The notes: generated by a model not told the origin, from the sequence alone. A stretch of DNA of 64,000 nucleotides from Eledone cirrhosa (GCA_964016885.1 OZ024740.1:40362001-40426000); one strand, 5' to 3'; positions 15,132 through 25,760 are shown, numbered from the stretch's first letter. A program made the numbers and translations.

Positions 15132-15229
15132 TCAGGCGATAAGTAACCAAAAAATGAAGACAATTGCCAAGCCAAGAAAAACTTTTGATAAGATCTGTTC
15201 TTCTTCATGGTGGGGAGACCCTGTTGGAG
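15132..15229 (-). CDS. RNF185: RNF185/RNF5-like terminal coding exon (C-terminal TM anchor, stop TGA)
   Basis: attacag|CT CCA ACA ... ATC GCC TGA gives (P)PTGSPHHEEEQILSKVFLGLAIVFIFWLLIA*, matching the RNF185 C-terminus [22 protein letters not shown]. The phase-1 join to the previous exon is in frame. Confidence 0.93.
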
Positions 15230-15692
15230 CTGTAATTAAAAAAAAGTTGATTAGATATTGGTAATAAATGTAATTTTACCAATAATAAATATCACACACA
15301 CAATTTTATATATATGATTTGATGAAGGTGTTATAGTGGTATGCATGAAAGGTGATGACACAGGATCGAGATCTCTGTCATTATGCTGTACTGCAGAAGA
15401 CTTGCCCTCCTATGTGCACAGGATGAAACAAACATGTAGAGGACACTAGTCTGCACCAATCTTCTCCCTCGCCCATTCACCCTCCCTAGTCTTAATACCC
15501 TGCTCCACCAACTAAATATCTCACTCACATTCATGTCCAGCTTGCTTCCTTGCCCTAACCCTCACTACTTACCCCTGACACATCTCTCCAGCCCAAACCA
15601 TACATTCAAGCATGGGAAGCAGGATGTTTCACATCTGATCTCCCACAAGTGATTACTGGGTGCAGGGTGGAGTGGCACATACTATATATATA

Positions 15693-15860
15693 CTTCAGCT
15701 TTGGCCTGTGCCCATGGGAAGTCAGGTCTTCTGTATTACTGGGTAACGCCAGAGATCTCGGTCCCGTGTCATCGCCTTTGAGGGGTGCAATTGGGCAAGG
15801 TCAGCTTTTATCACCTTGTCCCAAGTCTTCCTGGGTCTCCCCGCTCAAAGGTTTCCATCA
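15693..15860 (-). mobile_element. RTE LINE C-terminal fragment
   Basis: Closely similar to 2003-2165 (CCCATGGGAAGT..GGTCTTCTGT..GTGTCATCGCCTTTGAG). Confidence 0.75.
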
Positions 15861-16319
15861 TATATATATAGATATATATCTACACATAAATTGATAGTAA
15901 GAATGTCAGTTATATACACCTTTTTCAATCTCAGGTAGTATCCATAGAAGTGGTTGATAACTTCTGCTACCTAGGTAATATAATTAGCAGTGGGGGGAGA
16001 TGCTCCAGGGGCGCAGGAAGTTAGAATAAGAACAGGATGGGGGAAGTTTAGCGAACTACTAGCTCTATTGACAAAAGGTTGGCTGTATGACATGCTTGTT
16101 TGTGATGTGCAATGCTGCATGGTATGACATGAACAGTAAACACAGAGGATATGCGATTACTGGAGAGAAAAGAAGCAAGCATGTCTCGATGGATGTGCAA
16201 TGGTATGTGGACAAGAAAGTATGGATGAACTAAGAGAGAAACTGAGTATAAGAGGAATCAGATAAACCACAATTAAATATGTCAGCTGTAGAAATGAGAT
16301 GATAGGACTGAGGTCCCTA

Positions 16320-16583
16320 TCATTCCATTGCAAAGTGGTTGTGGAGGTGCCACGGCAAAAAAGCACCCAGCCCACACTGTAAAGTGGACGTGTAGGTGCC
16401 ATGGAAAAAAAGCACCCAGCACTCACTGTAAATGAGGTTGGCTGTAGAAATCAAGCCAGAATCAGTTGCCGTATGAGCAAGACAAGGTCAGCCGACTGGA
16501 CACTACCCACAATAGGACAACCCGTCTAATCCATGCTAGAGTGGAAGAACGGACGTAAAACAGTGATGATGATGATGATGATG
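16320..16583 (+). mobile_element. RTE 3'UTR/SINE-like element with (GAT)n tail
   Basis: CCCAGCCCACACTGTAAAGTGG subrepeats, CCATGCTAGAGTGGAAG..GGACGTAAAAC and (GAT)n at 16564-16583. Confidence 0.7.
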
Positions 16584-16599
16584 AATTGTTACCTATAAG

Positions 16600-16917
16600 A
16601 TAATTATTTCTACTTTTGGCACAAGGCCAGCAACTACCTATAAGATAATAAATAATTGTTTCTACTTTTGGCACAAGGCCAGCAATTACTCAGTACATTA
16701 CTGGTACTCTATTTTATCGACCCCGTAAGGATGAAAGGCAAAGTGAACCTCGGCGGGATTTGAACTCAGAACGTAAAGCATGGCGTCCGACTCTCTACCA
16801 ATACTGCCAATCCATATAATAAATAATTGTTTCTACTTTAGGGACAAGGCCAGCAATTACCCAGTGCATTACTGGTACTTTATTTTATCGACCCCGTAAG
16901 GATGAAAGGCAAAGTCA
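16600..16917 (-). mobile_element. Tandem tRNA-derived SINE copies (one near full-length, one partial)
   Basis: Reverse complement of the 536-720 SINE (TTTATCGACCCCGTAAGGATGAAAGGCAAAGT..GGGATTTGAACTC), with duplicated 3' ends. Confidence 0.78.
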
Positions 16918-17452
16918 ATAATAAATAATGATCTATAGATGGGAACAACCTATTTAGACACCTCTGTAAGCAAACCTATGCATGTGCAACCACACACTGC
17001 AAAATAAAATGAAAACGGACAGACAGGCACAGAACGAAATGCTATCTGGGCCTTTATACAAAAAAGGAACTTTCTATTTAAATCAATAGAATTTTCTAGT
17101 AAATCAATTGAATCCTGACTTGTTGAACTCACTTCCACCCCACCATCCACCTTCATAAAGAAAATATATATAAGAAGAGATTTTAAGAGAAAATTTACAT
17201 ATGTTCTAACTATAGAATAAGAGAACAAACTTTTTAAATATTTGATAAGATTGACATACCAATCTAAACCAGTAATATTTCATAAAACTTAAATTCATTT
17301 AATGTAACAAGTATAAAAATATTTATTCTATTGGATTAAAGAAAAAATAATCTTTAAATATACTCCTGCTCTTTTTCACTTTTACTTTTTTATATATATA
17401 TACTGATTATATATATATATATGTATACACTAATTATATATATATATATATA

Positions 17453-18744
17453 TTTATTATTGTCCTTCAGGCTATAACAGAAGGGTTTAACCCTTTAGCA
17501 TTCACATTATTTTATATATACTATTATATTTTAATGGTAAAGGCTTTACCTCACATAATTATCTCACATAATATTGAATCTATGAGATTTTGAAAGTATT
17601 TATTTTGAAAACAATACCTTAACATCAGTTTGAGCGATTAGTTACAGCCAGTTTCAACAGAAAGAGGTAGAGAATTCTGGCTGGTTTTGGCCGGTTTGAA
17701 CACTAAAGGGTTAAGACTGGCTGCTCATGGGAACTTCTATATGCAGATGATCTAACTCTCATAGCATGGCCTAGAATCCAAAGGCCTTAGAGTTAACTTG
17801 TCTAAGGTTAAAGTTCTAGTATGTAGAAAGGAGAATAGGGCACAGGTGCCCCCTGGGAAATGGCCATGCTCAGTGTGTAAGAAAGGAGTACGTAGAAATT
17901 GCATTCTATGCCCCAAATGCAAACTATAGGTACAAAAGATGTAGTGGAATCACAGGCAAGCTATCTAAGAATGTAGATTCTAATACCGCTATTGGCCACA
18001 GGGGGTTTTTCTCTAAAAGTGAAAGGCAGATTGTATGATGCTTGTATCCGAACGGCGATATTACATGGTAGTGAGACCTGGGCTTGTCTGCTGAAGACTT
18101 GCTTAAATTAGAAAGAAATAAAGCTTGCATGCTCTGATGGATGTAGTAATGTGCCCGAACGGCGAAGCATAAACGAATTGAGAGGGAGAGTCTAAGCATA
18201 AGAGGTATCAAATGTTGTGTTCTGAAGAGGAGATTGCATTGGTATAGCCATGTGATGCATATGAAGGACAACAGCTGTATAAAAAAGTGCAGAACAATGA
18301 AAATTGCTGATAAAAACTGGTGATAAAAACTGACCTTGCTCATTTACACCTCTCTAAGACAATGTCACTGGATTGAATCTTTGGCACCATGCAATTGTAC
18401 AGAAGACTCGCCTTCCCTTGCATACAAACCTATAGTCAGTAAGCACCTCTTAACCTAATATACACCCCACCCCATCCTCCCATTTCCATCCACTGTGCCG
18501 GTGACACAACAAAAATCACCCAGTCCAGACTGTAAGGTGGTTGTGTAGGAGACACGGTAAAAAAGGATCCCAGTCCACACTGTAAATCTGGTTGGTGTTA
18601 GGAAGGGCATCCAGCTGTAGAAAATCTGCCAGAGACATTTCCGTATGAGCGAGACATGGTCTCCAGACCACTCCCGTATCAAATGGAACAATACCGTCTA
18701 ACCCATGCTAGCGTGGAAGATGGACGTTAAACGATGATGATGAT
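17453..18744 (+). mobile_element. Decayed RTE-clade LINE (RT to 3' tail), interrupted by a MITE
   Basis: FIIVLQAITEG[F]KTGCSWELLYADDL is restored across the MITE. Also KWPCSVC, GSETW and RRLHWY motifs, and a GATGATGAT tail at ~18733-18744. Confidence 0.85.
17491..17710. mobile_element. piggyBac-type MITE
   Basis: TIRs CCCTTTAGCATTCA and TGAACACTAAAGGG (12/14 match), flanked by TTAA duplications at 17487-17490 and 17711-17714. 220 bp, non-coding. Confidence 0.85.
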
Positions 18745-19069
18745 ATATATATATATATATATATATATCCACACTCTGGGATTGGAGATTTATGCACACA
18801 CACAACACACAGATACACAATACAATATATACACAAGACAAACACTCCACATATATACAATATACAACACACGATATATAATCTAAACAGCTAATCTATT
18901 TCTAAAATAGTAAATTACAATCAAAGTGACCTCATAAAATTGATTCATAATTCTATAATTAAAAAAACATGTTTACAGCATGATTGATAAAAAAAAAGGA
19001 AAATATAAAATAAATAATTGCTAACCAAAACTAAAATATATTGATATTACTCATTGAACTAAATATGCA

Positions 19070-19325
19070 TCCTTCTTCTCTGCTCACTTATTCCTTGGAG
19101 GGTCATGAGGACAGTCCTCAAATACTCCTTGCAGCAGGTCTTGTCAGAAGCAACACTCTCCAATTGATCTGGCTGGATCCTCAAGCAAGATCAGCCAAGC
19201 TCATGTTATCCAACCATCTTGTTCAGTGTCTGCCCCTGGGTCTCCTGCCAGTTGGTTTTGCCCGTAAAATCTGTCCAGCAATTCTTTCCTGAGACATTCT
19301 AAACACATGTTCGTAATATCAGCCA
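19070..19325 (-). mobile_element. RTE-type LINE C-terminal fragment (different family)
   Basis: The minus strand gives YYEHVFRM..ERIA..IL..KPTGRRPRGR..TRWLD, a typical RTE C-terminus. Confidence 0.6.
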
Positions 19326-20273
19326 TATTTCTAATGAAAGACACTACTTAAGATTTTCAAATAATTTTGAAAATGATCAAGAATTTTGAAGGATGTAGCT
19401 GGTGTTCAGAACACAGCTTAAAGATTCTTACATAAAATTATGATAGGTGTTTTTAGATAAATATAATCGATTTCAAACAAACAAGTTTGTATTATAGAAC
19501 TGTGGGCAGTTTCAGGCAGCTGGTGTGAAAAGATATAAAACAAAATATAATATTTTCACCAAAAACTGCCCTTTAAACACATGTCAGATGGATTACAATA
19601 TTCATTATTACAATTACTTTGACTGTTCCCTGACAACTAGTACCAGTTTCAAGATAGAATTATCTTAACGAAGTATATATAATTTGACTTGATTTTCGCC
19701 AACAAACCACGTGTGGACATGGACGGGGTAAAAGGAAAAAAACAAAACAAATCACTACATTCCTTAAGGATCGCAGTAAGTACTCCACAAAACATATAAA
19801 CAACAATATAACACAGATTTATATACAGATACATACCATATGCATATACACACACGTGAAAAGAAACCACACTATTTCGTGTGAGACACTATACCGGCCA
19901 ATTTTACCAATTTACATTGGTAAAATATTTCTTAACATTGACTTCGCTTCTAACCCACATACACCTTTTAATTATATATATATACTAGCAGCTGAAAGTT
20001 AATAATTTGAAAAAAATATTATTGAAAGTTTATTATAAAGAAGCAGTATCAGGAAAAAAACCGTTATTTCGCTGTTAATAAACAACTGCCTTCTACAGTA
20101 CGTTTCATTTAACTTACGCAGCATATTTATTTGTTTACATGCACAGACTCTTCTACACACACACACAACATTTAGGAAAACAGAAACAAAATACACAAAA
20201 AAACAGACATTTTATTTCTATCGTAATCAAGTGCGCTAAACCTATATTGTTTACATTCTGTGTTTTTCTACGG

Positions 20274-21493
20274 ATGGGTAGAAATAACAAAATTGCCATG
20301 GTGATATCCATTGATGAAATATGCGACAAAACTGGCCGATGTCCCAAAATAGAACATTACCCAGAAAACCACATCTGCCATATCTGTGCGGAACCCGAAA
20401 ACTCGTTCCGTAATCGCTGGGTCGAATGTGGAACCTGTCACATCTCTGTCTGCCTTCAATGCGCCACAGGCTTCCGGAGGATCCCAGGCCAAAAAAAGAG
20501 ACATCATAATGCTATGATGGATGGAATATGGGAGATGGTCCAGCTAAAATCCTGGTCCTTTCAGTGTCTGGCCTGTGTGCCTGCCTCCACTAATGTTATT
20601 GAAAAACAACAACAACAACAACAACAAAAACCAATGACTGTGTCTTCCTCTACCATTGTTACTGAACAACGGCAAAAACCTATGACACTGGCTTCTGCTG
20701 CTATTCCTGTGGGAGAACATCAGAAACAACAACAACCCATGTCTTCCGCTCCCAGTACATCTCAACACCAACAACTGGTGACTGTGTCTTCCCCTACCAT
20801 TCCCGTGGAGGAACATCATCATCACCAACAACAGCAACAGCAGCAACAACAACAACAACAACCGACCAGTACAGATTTTGCGGAATTGCAACTAATGATT
20901 TCTGCTCTGAGAAGGGAAGTTACAGGAATAAAGGCAAGCATTCGGGTAGGGCCCCACAATGAGGGGTCTTATCGGAATGCCTTGCTAAAGAATCTCCCTG
21001 TACCTCTTGCTGAAAAGACTGAAAAGACTGCGGAATCTGCTACCCATGAAGTGATTGCCATTGGGGTACCAGAGGACAAGGCTGATCTTCAGGCATTTGC
21101 TGCTAGCTCAGCCAAAGACCTAGGCTGTGTTCCCCCAAAGGGTGCTCTCCGCCTTGGTCGACCTGGTCCAAAACCCAGACTCATCAGGCTGTCTTTTCGG
21201 ACCCCGCAGAGGCAACCTCATATCATCTGGCCTCTGCTAGAGCTGGGCGTGAAAATCGGATTACCTTCCGAACACGCCCAGGCCTACCACCCCATGTACG
21301 TCCAAAGCTACGTGCTGCAGCTTCCTTGAATCGGAACTCAGCACAAGATGAAAGTTTTAGTCTGCGTGATGAAGGGCAGATCTGGAGGTTTGTCAAGGCT
21401 GGTGAAACGTGGAAGAGAGATACCAGCTGGTCTGAGTGTGATCTACCCACAATAACTGGCAATGTAAAAACTGCTACAACTCTGGGAAACTAA
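20274..21493 (+). CDS. CR1 LINE ORF1 (PHD-like finger, polyQ/Thr-Pro repeats), with a 1-nt frameshift near 21203
   Basis: ATG at 20274; CHIC..WVECGTC..C..C..WSFQCLAC and RLGR..KPRLIRLSF motifs. After ~21203 the -1 frame continues AEATSY..RPGLP..ESFSLRDEGQIWRF..WKRDTSW..LGN* to TAA at 21491-21493. Confidence 0.7.
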
Positions 21494-21549
21494 ACCAGAA
21501 CAACCTGCCACCCTCTACACACCATCATAAACTGCGAGCAGGGTACAAA

Positions 21550-24315
21550 TTGTTGTCCTTAAATGCTCGCAGTTTATGCAACAAGATACATCTGTTCGAA
21601 TCCTACGTCAGAAGCATCGACCCTGACTTCATCACAGTCACGGAAACATGGGCACATTCCTTACTCTGTGATGGGGTTTTCAGCATTACTGGGTCAAACC
21701 TTTTCTGCAAGGACCGCATTAACCGCCGTGGTGGTGGTGTGATGGTCTACGTTCGTTCAAACTTTTCGGTAATTCCTTGCGTTGATTTGAACGAATCACA
21801 GGAAGAAGTTTTTTTCTGTGACATACGTATGACCATGTCAACACTTCTGCTTGGTGTTGTTTATCGCCCCCCAAACTACCATCAGGACACACAGCTTTGC
21901 GATATGCTCAGAGTTGCTGCCAAGAAAACAGCCACTTATGTGTTTATTGCAGGTGACTTCAATCATCCTGAGATCGATTGGGAAACCTTTCGTTGGCCAC
22001 AAGGTGCAAACGATTTCCTTGAACTAGTGCTGGACTCAAACTGGTCACAAGTAGTCACCTCTCCAACAAGAGGTGACAACACTTTGGACCTGATCTTCAC
22101 CACTACTCCTGAAGTGGTTATCAGTTGTACTACTGAGGAACCTCTAGGCGACTCTGATCATGCTATGATCATTGCCAATCTTGCACTTGAGGGCAGCAAC
22201 AAAAACCAGAGCCATCTCCAATCTGCTTGCTTTGATTGGAAGAGGGCGGATTGGAACTTGTACTGCACTGAGCTACAGCGCCCAAACTGGTATGAGATGT
22301 ATAACTCTGGAGATGTGAACACTATACTCCAGAGCATCCTGGACTCAATATGGATAGCGTGTGCAGCATCAGTGCCACGGAAGCGGAAAAATAACCACCC
22401 CAAAAGTGCAATTTGGGAAACTTCAGCGGTCCGACTTGCCAGGAAAGAACGTCGGAACGCTGAACGGGAATATAAACTGCATAAATCAGATGCCAACAGA
22501 AAAAAGCGGAATAAATCTTCTAACCATCTCAAGCAAGTGACAAAGAAGGCAGTGCTTGAATTTGAACAGTGCATCGCAACCAATCCTGACAGTAAGGTGT
22601 TCTGGAAATATGTTCATTCAAAGCAGAGACCTCACCCTCCAGTTGGTCCTCTTCGCAATCCCCACACAAGCCAGATCACTGACGATCCCAAGGAATGCGC
22701 AGAACTCATTGCTGAGTGCTATGCAAGTATTTTTACTGTTGAAAACCAGAATGTACCATCTTCACCATCTCTAACATCAAATTCCATAACAACTATGGAA
22801 TTTACACCTGCAATGTTGCGACGTCACCTTAAGAATAAGCGCAACTATGCCTCCCCTGGTCTTGATGGTGTGACATACCTGCTTCTCAAACGTGGCGGGT
22901 ATTTCCTTTTGCGCCAGCTTTCTTTCTTCTTTCAATACTGTCTCAACAATGGTGCTACTCCGGAGCAGTGGAAAACTACCAGTCTGATTCCCCTGTTCAA
23001 AAAGGGCAACCGCATGTCACCTGTCAACTATCGTCCAGTCAGTCTTACTAGCTGTATGGCCAAACTGATGGAATCCTGTGTCAGAGAAACACTTTGGAAC
23101 TTCTGGAGCTCTCACAGCCTCATCCGGCCCTCGCAGTTTGGATTTATCCCTAACTCCAGCTGCTGTGATCAGCTTATCGAGTTCCTTGAGGACATCACCC
23201 GGATCACTGACAGCGGCTCATGGGTGGATGTTGTTTACCTTGACTTTGCTAAGGCTTTTAATTCTGTGCCACACAAAAGACTTATGGCAAAACTCTCTGC
23301 AATGGGTGTGAGGGATGATCTTTTCGACTGGTTGAAATCCTTCATTCTCAGCCGAAAAGAAGTAGTCACGGTTCTAGGACAGCATTCTTCACCATATGAG
23401 ATGTCATCTGGTGTACCACAGGGATCTGTTCTTGGTCCTCTTTTGTTTGTGGCATATATTAATGACATAGATGCCAACTTACAGAATACCACGGTACTGA
23501 AATATGCAGATGACATCAAGCTGTACCTTGAAATCAAAAGGACTGATCCTGAAATTTACAACTCTTTCCTACAATCAGACCTGGACACAATGCAGCAATG
23601 GATCACAGACTGGCAACTGAAGCTGGCTGTGGACAAGTGTACCACCATGCATTTTGGAAGGAAAAATCCAGCGTCCACATACTCCCTCCACAACACTGAT
23701 ATCAAAAAGTCCTCTTGTGAACGTGACCTGGGCATTACTGTCAGCAACGATTTGCGTTGGACAAAGCGTGTCTCTAAGATTGTCAAGAAGGCCGAGGGTG
23801 TCTTGGCATCACTCAGCAAGACCTTTGTTAGCCGCTCTCCAGCCATCTATTTAAAACTGTATACAGCTATGGTACGACCACACTTGGAATTCGCATCATC
23901 AGTCTGGAACCCCTATCTTGCTCAGAACATTGACCTCCTGGAAACTGTTCAGAGACGTGCAACCAAGCGCATACCCTCCATCAGACACCTACCATACTCT
24001 GAACGCCTTGCTTCCCTGGGCATGGATTCATTGAAGCTCCGACGTCTGGCAATGGACTTGGTGAATACCCACAAAGTTTTTAACCATCTCGCCAATTGCA
24101 ACCCTGAGCGCCTCTTTGATCTCCATGTGTCTAACACACGTGGACATGCCTACAAGATCAGAAAACAGCACAGCTCCCATGACTTTCGTAGACATTTTTT
24201 CACGCTCAGAGTTGCTGAAGCATGGAACAAACTGCCTGCGTCAGTTGTTAGCTGCCGAGACACTGCCTCCTTTAAGACACTCATGCTTCCTGAAATACGC
24301 CAAAACTACACCTGA
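21550..24315 (+). CDS. CR1 LINE ORF2: apurinic-like endonuclease plus reverse transcriptase (uninterrupted)
   Basis: 921-aa open frame with LNARSL, TETW, GDFNHP, LDLIF, SDH, NYRPVSLTS, DFAKAF, GVPQGSVLGPLLF, YADD, and the CR1-type C-terminus TRGH..K..RRHFF..RV..WN.LP. The frame is open from 21442, and the track start is TTG, not ATG. Confidence 0.95.
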   Translation: MLSLNARSLCNKIHLFESYVRSIDPDFITVTETWAHSLLCDGVFSITGSNLFCKDRINRRGGGVMVYVRSNFSVIPCVDLNESQEEVFFCDIRMTMSTLLLGVVYRPPNYHQDTQLCDMLRVAAKKTATYVFIAGDFNHPEIDWETFRWPQGANDFLELVLDSNWSQVVTSPTRGDNTLDLIFTTTPEVVISCTTEEPLGDSDHAMIIANLALEGSNKNQSHLQSACFDWKRADWNLYCTELQRPNWYEMYNSGDVNTILQSILDSIWIACAASVPRKRKNNHPKSAIWETSAVRLARKERRNAEREYKLHKSDANRKKRNKSSNHLKQVTKKAVLEFEQCIATNPDSKVFWKYVHSKQRPHPPVGPLRNPHTSQITDDPKECAELIAECYASIFTVENQNVPSSPSLTSNSITTMEFTPAMLRRHLKNKRNYASPGLDGVTYLLLKRGGYFLLRQLSFFFQYCLNNGATPEQWKTTSLIPLFKKGNRMSPVNYRPVSLTSCMAKLMESCVRETLWNFWSSHSLIRPSQFGFIPNSSCCDQLIEFLEDITRITDSGSWVDVVYLDFAKAFNSVPHKRLMAKLSAMGVRDDLFDWLKSFILSRKEVVTVLGQHSSPYEMSSGVPQGSVLGPLLFVAYINDIDANLQNTTVLKYADDIKLYLEIKRTDPEIYNSFLQSDLDTMQQWITDWQLKLAVDKCTTMHFGRKNPASTYSLHNTDIKKSSCERDLGITVSNDLRWTKRVSKIVKKAEGVLASLSKTFVSRSPAIYLKLYTAMVRPHLEFASSVWNPYLAQNIDLLETVQRRATKRIPSIRHLPYSERLASLGMDSLKLRRLAMDLVNTHKVFNHLANCNPERLFDLHVSNTRGHAYKIRKQHSSHDFRRHFFTLRVAEAWNKLPASVVSCRDTASFKTLMLPEIRQNYT

Positions 24316-24666
24316 TGTACCCCTTCCATACACATGCACACATGTGTGTATCATGACTCGTGCACTGTTTATTTTACTGATGTTTGTGCATTGCCCTATG
24401 TACTGTACATGTGACTTTTTGATGAGTTGTGGTGCACCTGGGCACTGTACACAATATTTCATTATATCATGACTCATACACTGTTCATTTTCCTGACATT
24501 TGTACATTATTCTATGTACTATACATGCACCTTTGATGAGTTGTAGTGCACCTGAGCACTGTACACAATAATTTCATTATTATTATTATTATTATTAAGA
24601 GTTAAGCTAAAGGGTTTTGATCAAATAAAATATATGTTGTTTGATAAGAAAATGTTTGATAATTAC

Positions 24667-24784
24667 GTGGACCAGGTCTGACATCACTCCAATTAAATGT
24701 TGACGCAAAAAATCCCAAAGGAAAAGCACCAATTCCAAAAGTCATTTGAAAATTGCCTTCTCCAAATCCAAAGTTTGAAAAAGC
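24667..24784 (-). CDS. RNF185: RNF185/RNF5-like coding exon (first membrane segment)
   Basis: ttaaag|GCT...CCA C|gtaatt gives [39 protein letters not shown], matching the family motif [20 protein letters not shown]. 118 nt, phase 0-1. Confidence 0.93.
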
Positions 24785-24936
24785 CTTTAATACAATAAGA
24801 AAGGAATAGAAATATTAGCAAAACAAAAAAAATTTCAGTCATTTTCAAACATGATTTAAAATAAATTTTTTTTTACTTAAAAACAAATGATAAAAATAAG
24901 AAGTGAAAGAATCATTAAATGGACTATAATACATAC

Positions 24937-24991
24937 ACTTTGGTTTTCAGGTTCTGTTCGCTGACCAGGCGGACGTGGAGGCATTTTATTC
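24937..24991 (-). CDS. RNF185: RNF185/RNF5-like coding exon (Pro-rich linker)
   Basis: attgcag|G AAT AAA ATG CCT CCA CGT ... CAA AGT|gtatgt gives (R)NKMPPRPPGQRTEPENQS, like the family motif KTPPRPQGQRPEPE. 55 nt; it completes the split AG|G Arg codon from the previous exon. Confidence 0.92.
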
Positions 24992-25304
24992 CTGCAATAT
25001 ATTGATATATATGATATAGGTTCTTGGCCAGAAGGATATGGGGGGTATTTTATTCCAACAATATATTAATATAACACACATATATTGTTATATTTGGAGG
25101 TGGTCATGTTGCCAATATTGACAATAGAAAGAAACATACGCACCATATAATTTTCACTTTATCTTTATTGTTCATTATTCATTTGTTTGTCAAAGTTCTT
25201 TCATAACACATTTTGTGACCCCCTCAATGACTGTTTTGTGCTTCCTTTTTTTCCTGGTTTTAAACTTCTATTCCATCTTTTCTTTGTTTGTTTTGTGGCT
25301 TATA

Positions 25305-25760
25305 GTGTTTTGTGTCTGTGCATGCGTTTGCGCCTCTGTGTGTTTTATGTATGGGTTTGCTGTTTGTCTTTTTTTTTTCTCTATTCTGTGTTCAGTCATT
25401 AAGTTGCAGGCTGTTACTATTCCACTTTTGTTTTCCGTTCAGGCTCAGACTATCTTCTATTATGAGTGGCCTCTGTAATTTGTCTGAGTGTTGCATCAGT
25501 TCTATGTGTGGATAGGATCTTTATTTCTATGTTATCTACTGAGCCCACATGTTCTAATCCGACATGGTGTAGCACAGATTACGGAGGCCACACACATATT
25601 AGAAGGTAATCCTAACCTGAACAGAAAACACAAGTGGAATAGTAACAGCCCACAACTTAATGACTGAACACAGAATAGAGAAGAAAAAAAGAAGACACAA
25701 ATAGCAAATGATACAAACCCACACATACATAAAACACAGGCATGACAAACACAAAAACAC
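25305..25760. repeat. Long inverted repeat (fold-back), ~180-190-bp arms, ~90-bp loop
   Basis: 25305-25484 is the diverged reverse complement of 25573-25760, e.g. TCTCTATTCTGTGTTCAGTCATTAAGTTG vs CAACTTAATGACTGAACACAGAATAGAGA. The + and - ORFs in the track share SLFCVQSLSC.LLLFH. Confidence 0.9.

Larger units (their letters stand above)
19650..24596 (+). mobile_element. Apparently full-length CR1-clade LINE, antisense in RNF185 intron
   Basis: PHD-finger ORF1, intact APE+RT ORF2, a 3' UTR with a 116-bp tandem duplication and an (ATT)7 tail (24576-24596). The 5' boundary is uncertain and no TSD was recognised. Confidence 0.85.

Noticed and set aside
20139-20273. N-terminal 45 aa of the called 396-aa ORF1
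   Set aside because: It is AT/CA-rich and UTR-like. The ATG at 20274 (or 20298) is the more plausible start.
22158-24137. Antisense and alternate-frame ORFs overlapping LINE ORF2
   Set aside because: They are shadow ORFs of the real RT frame.
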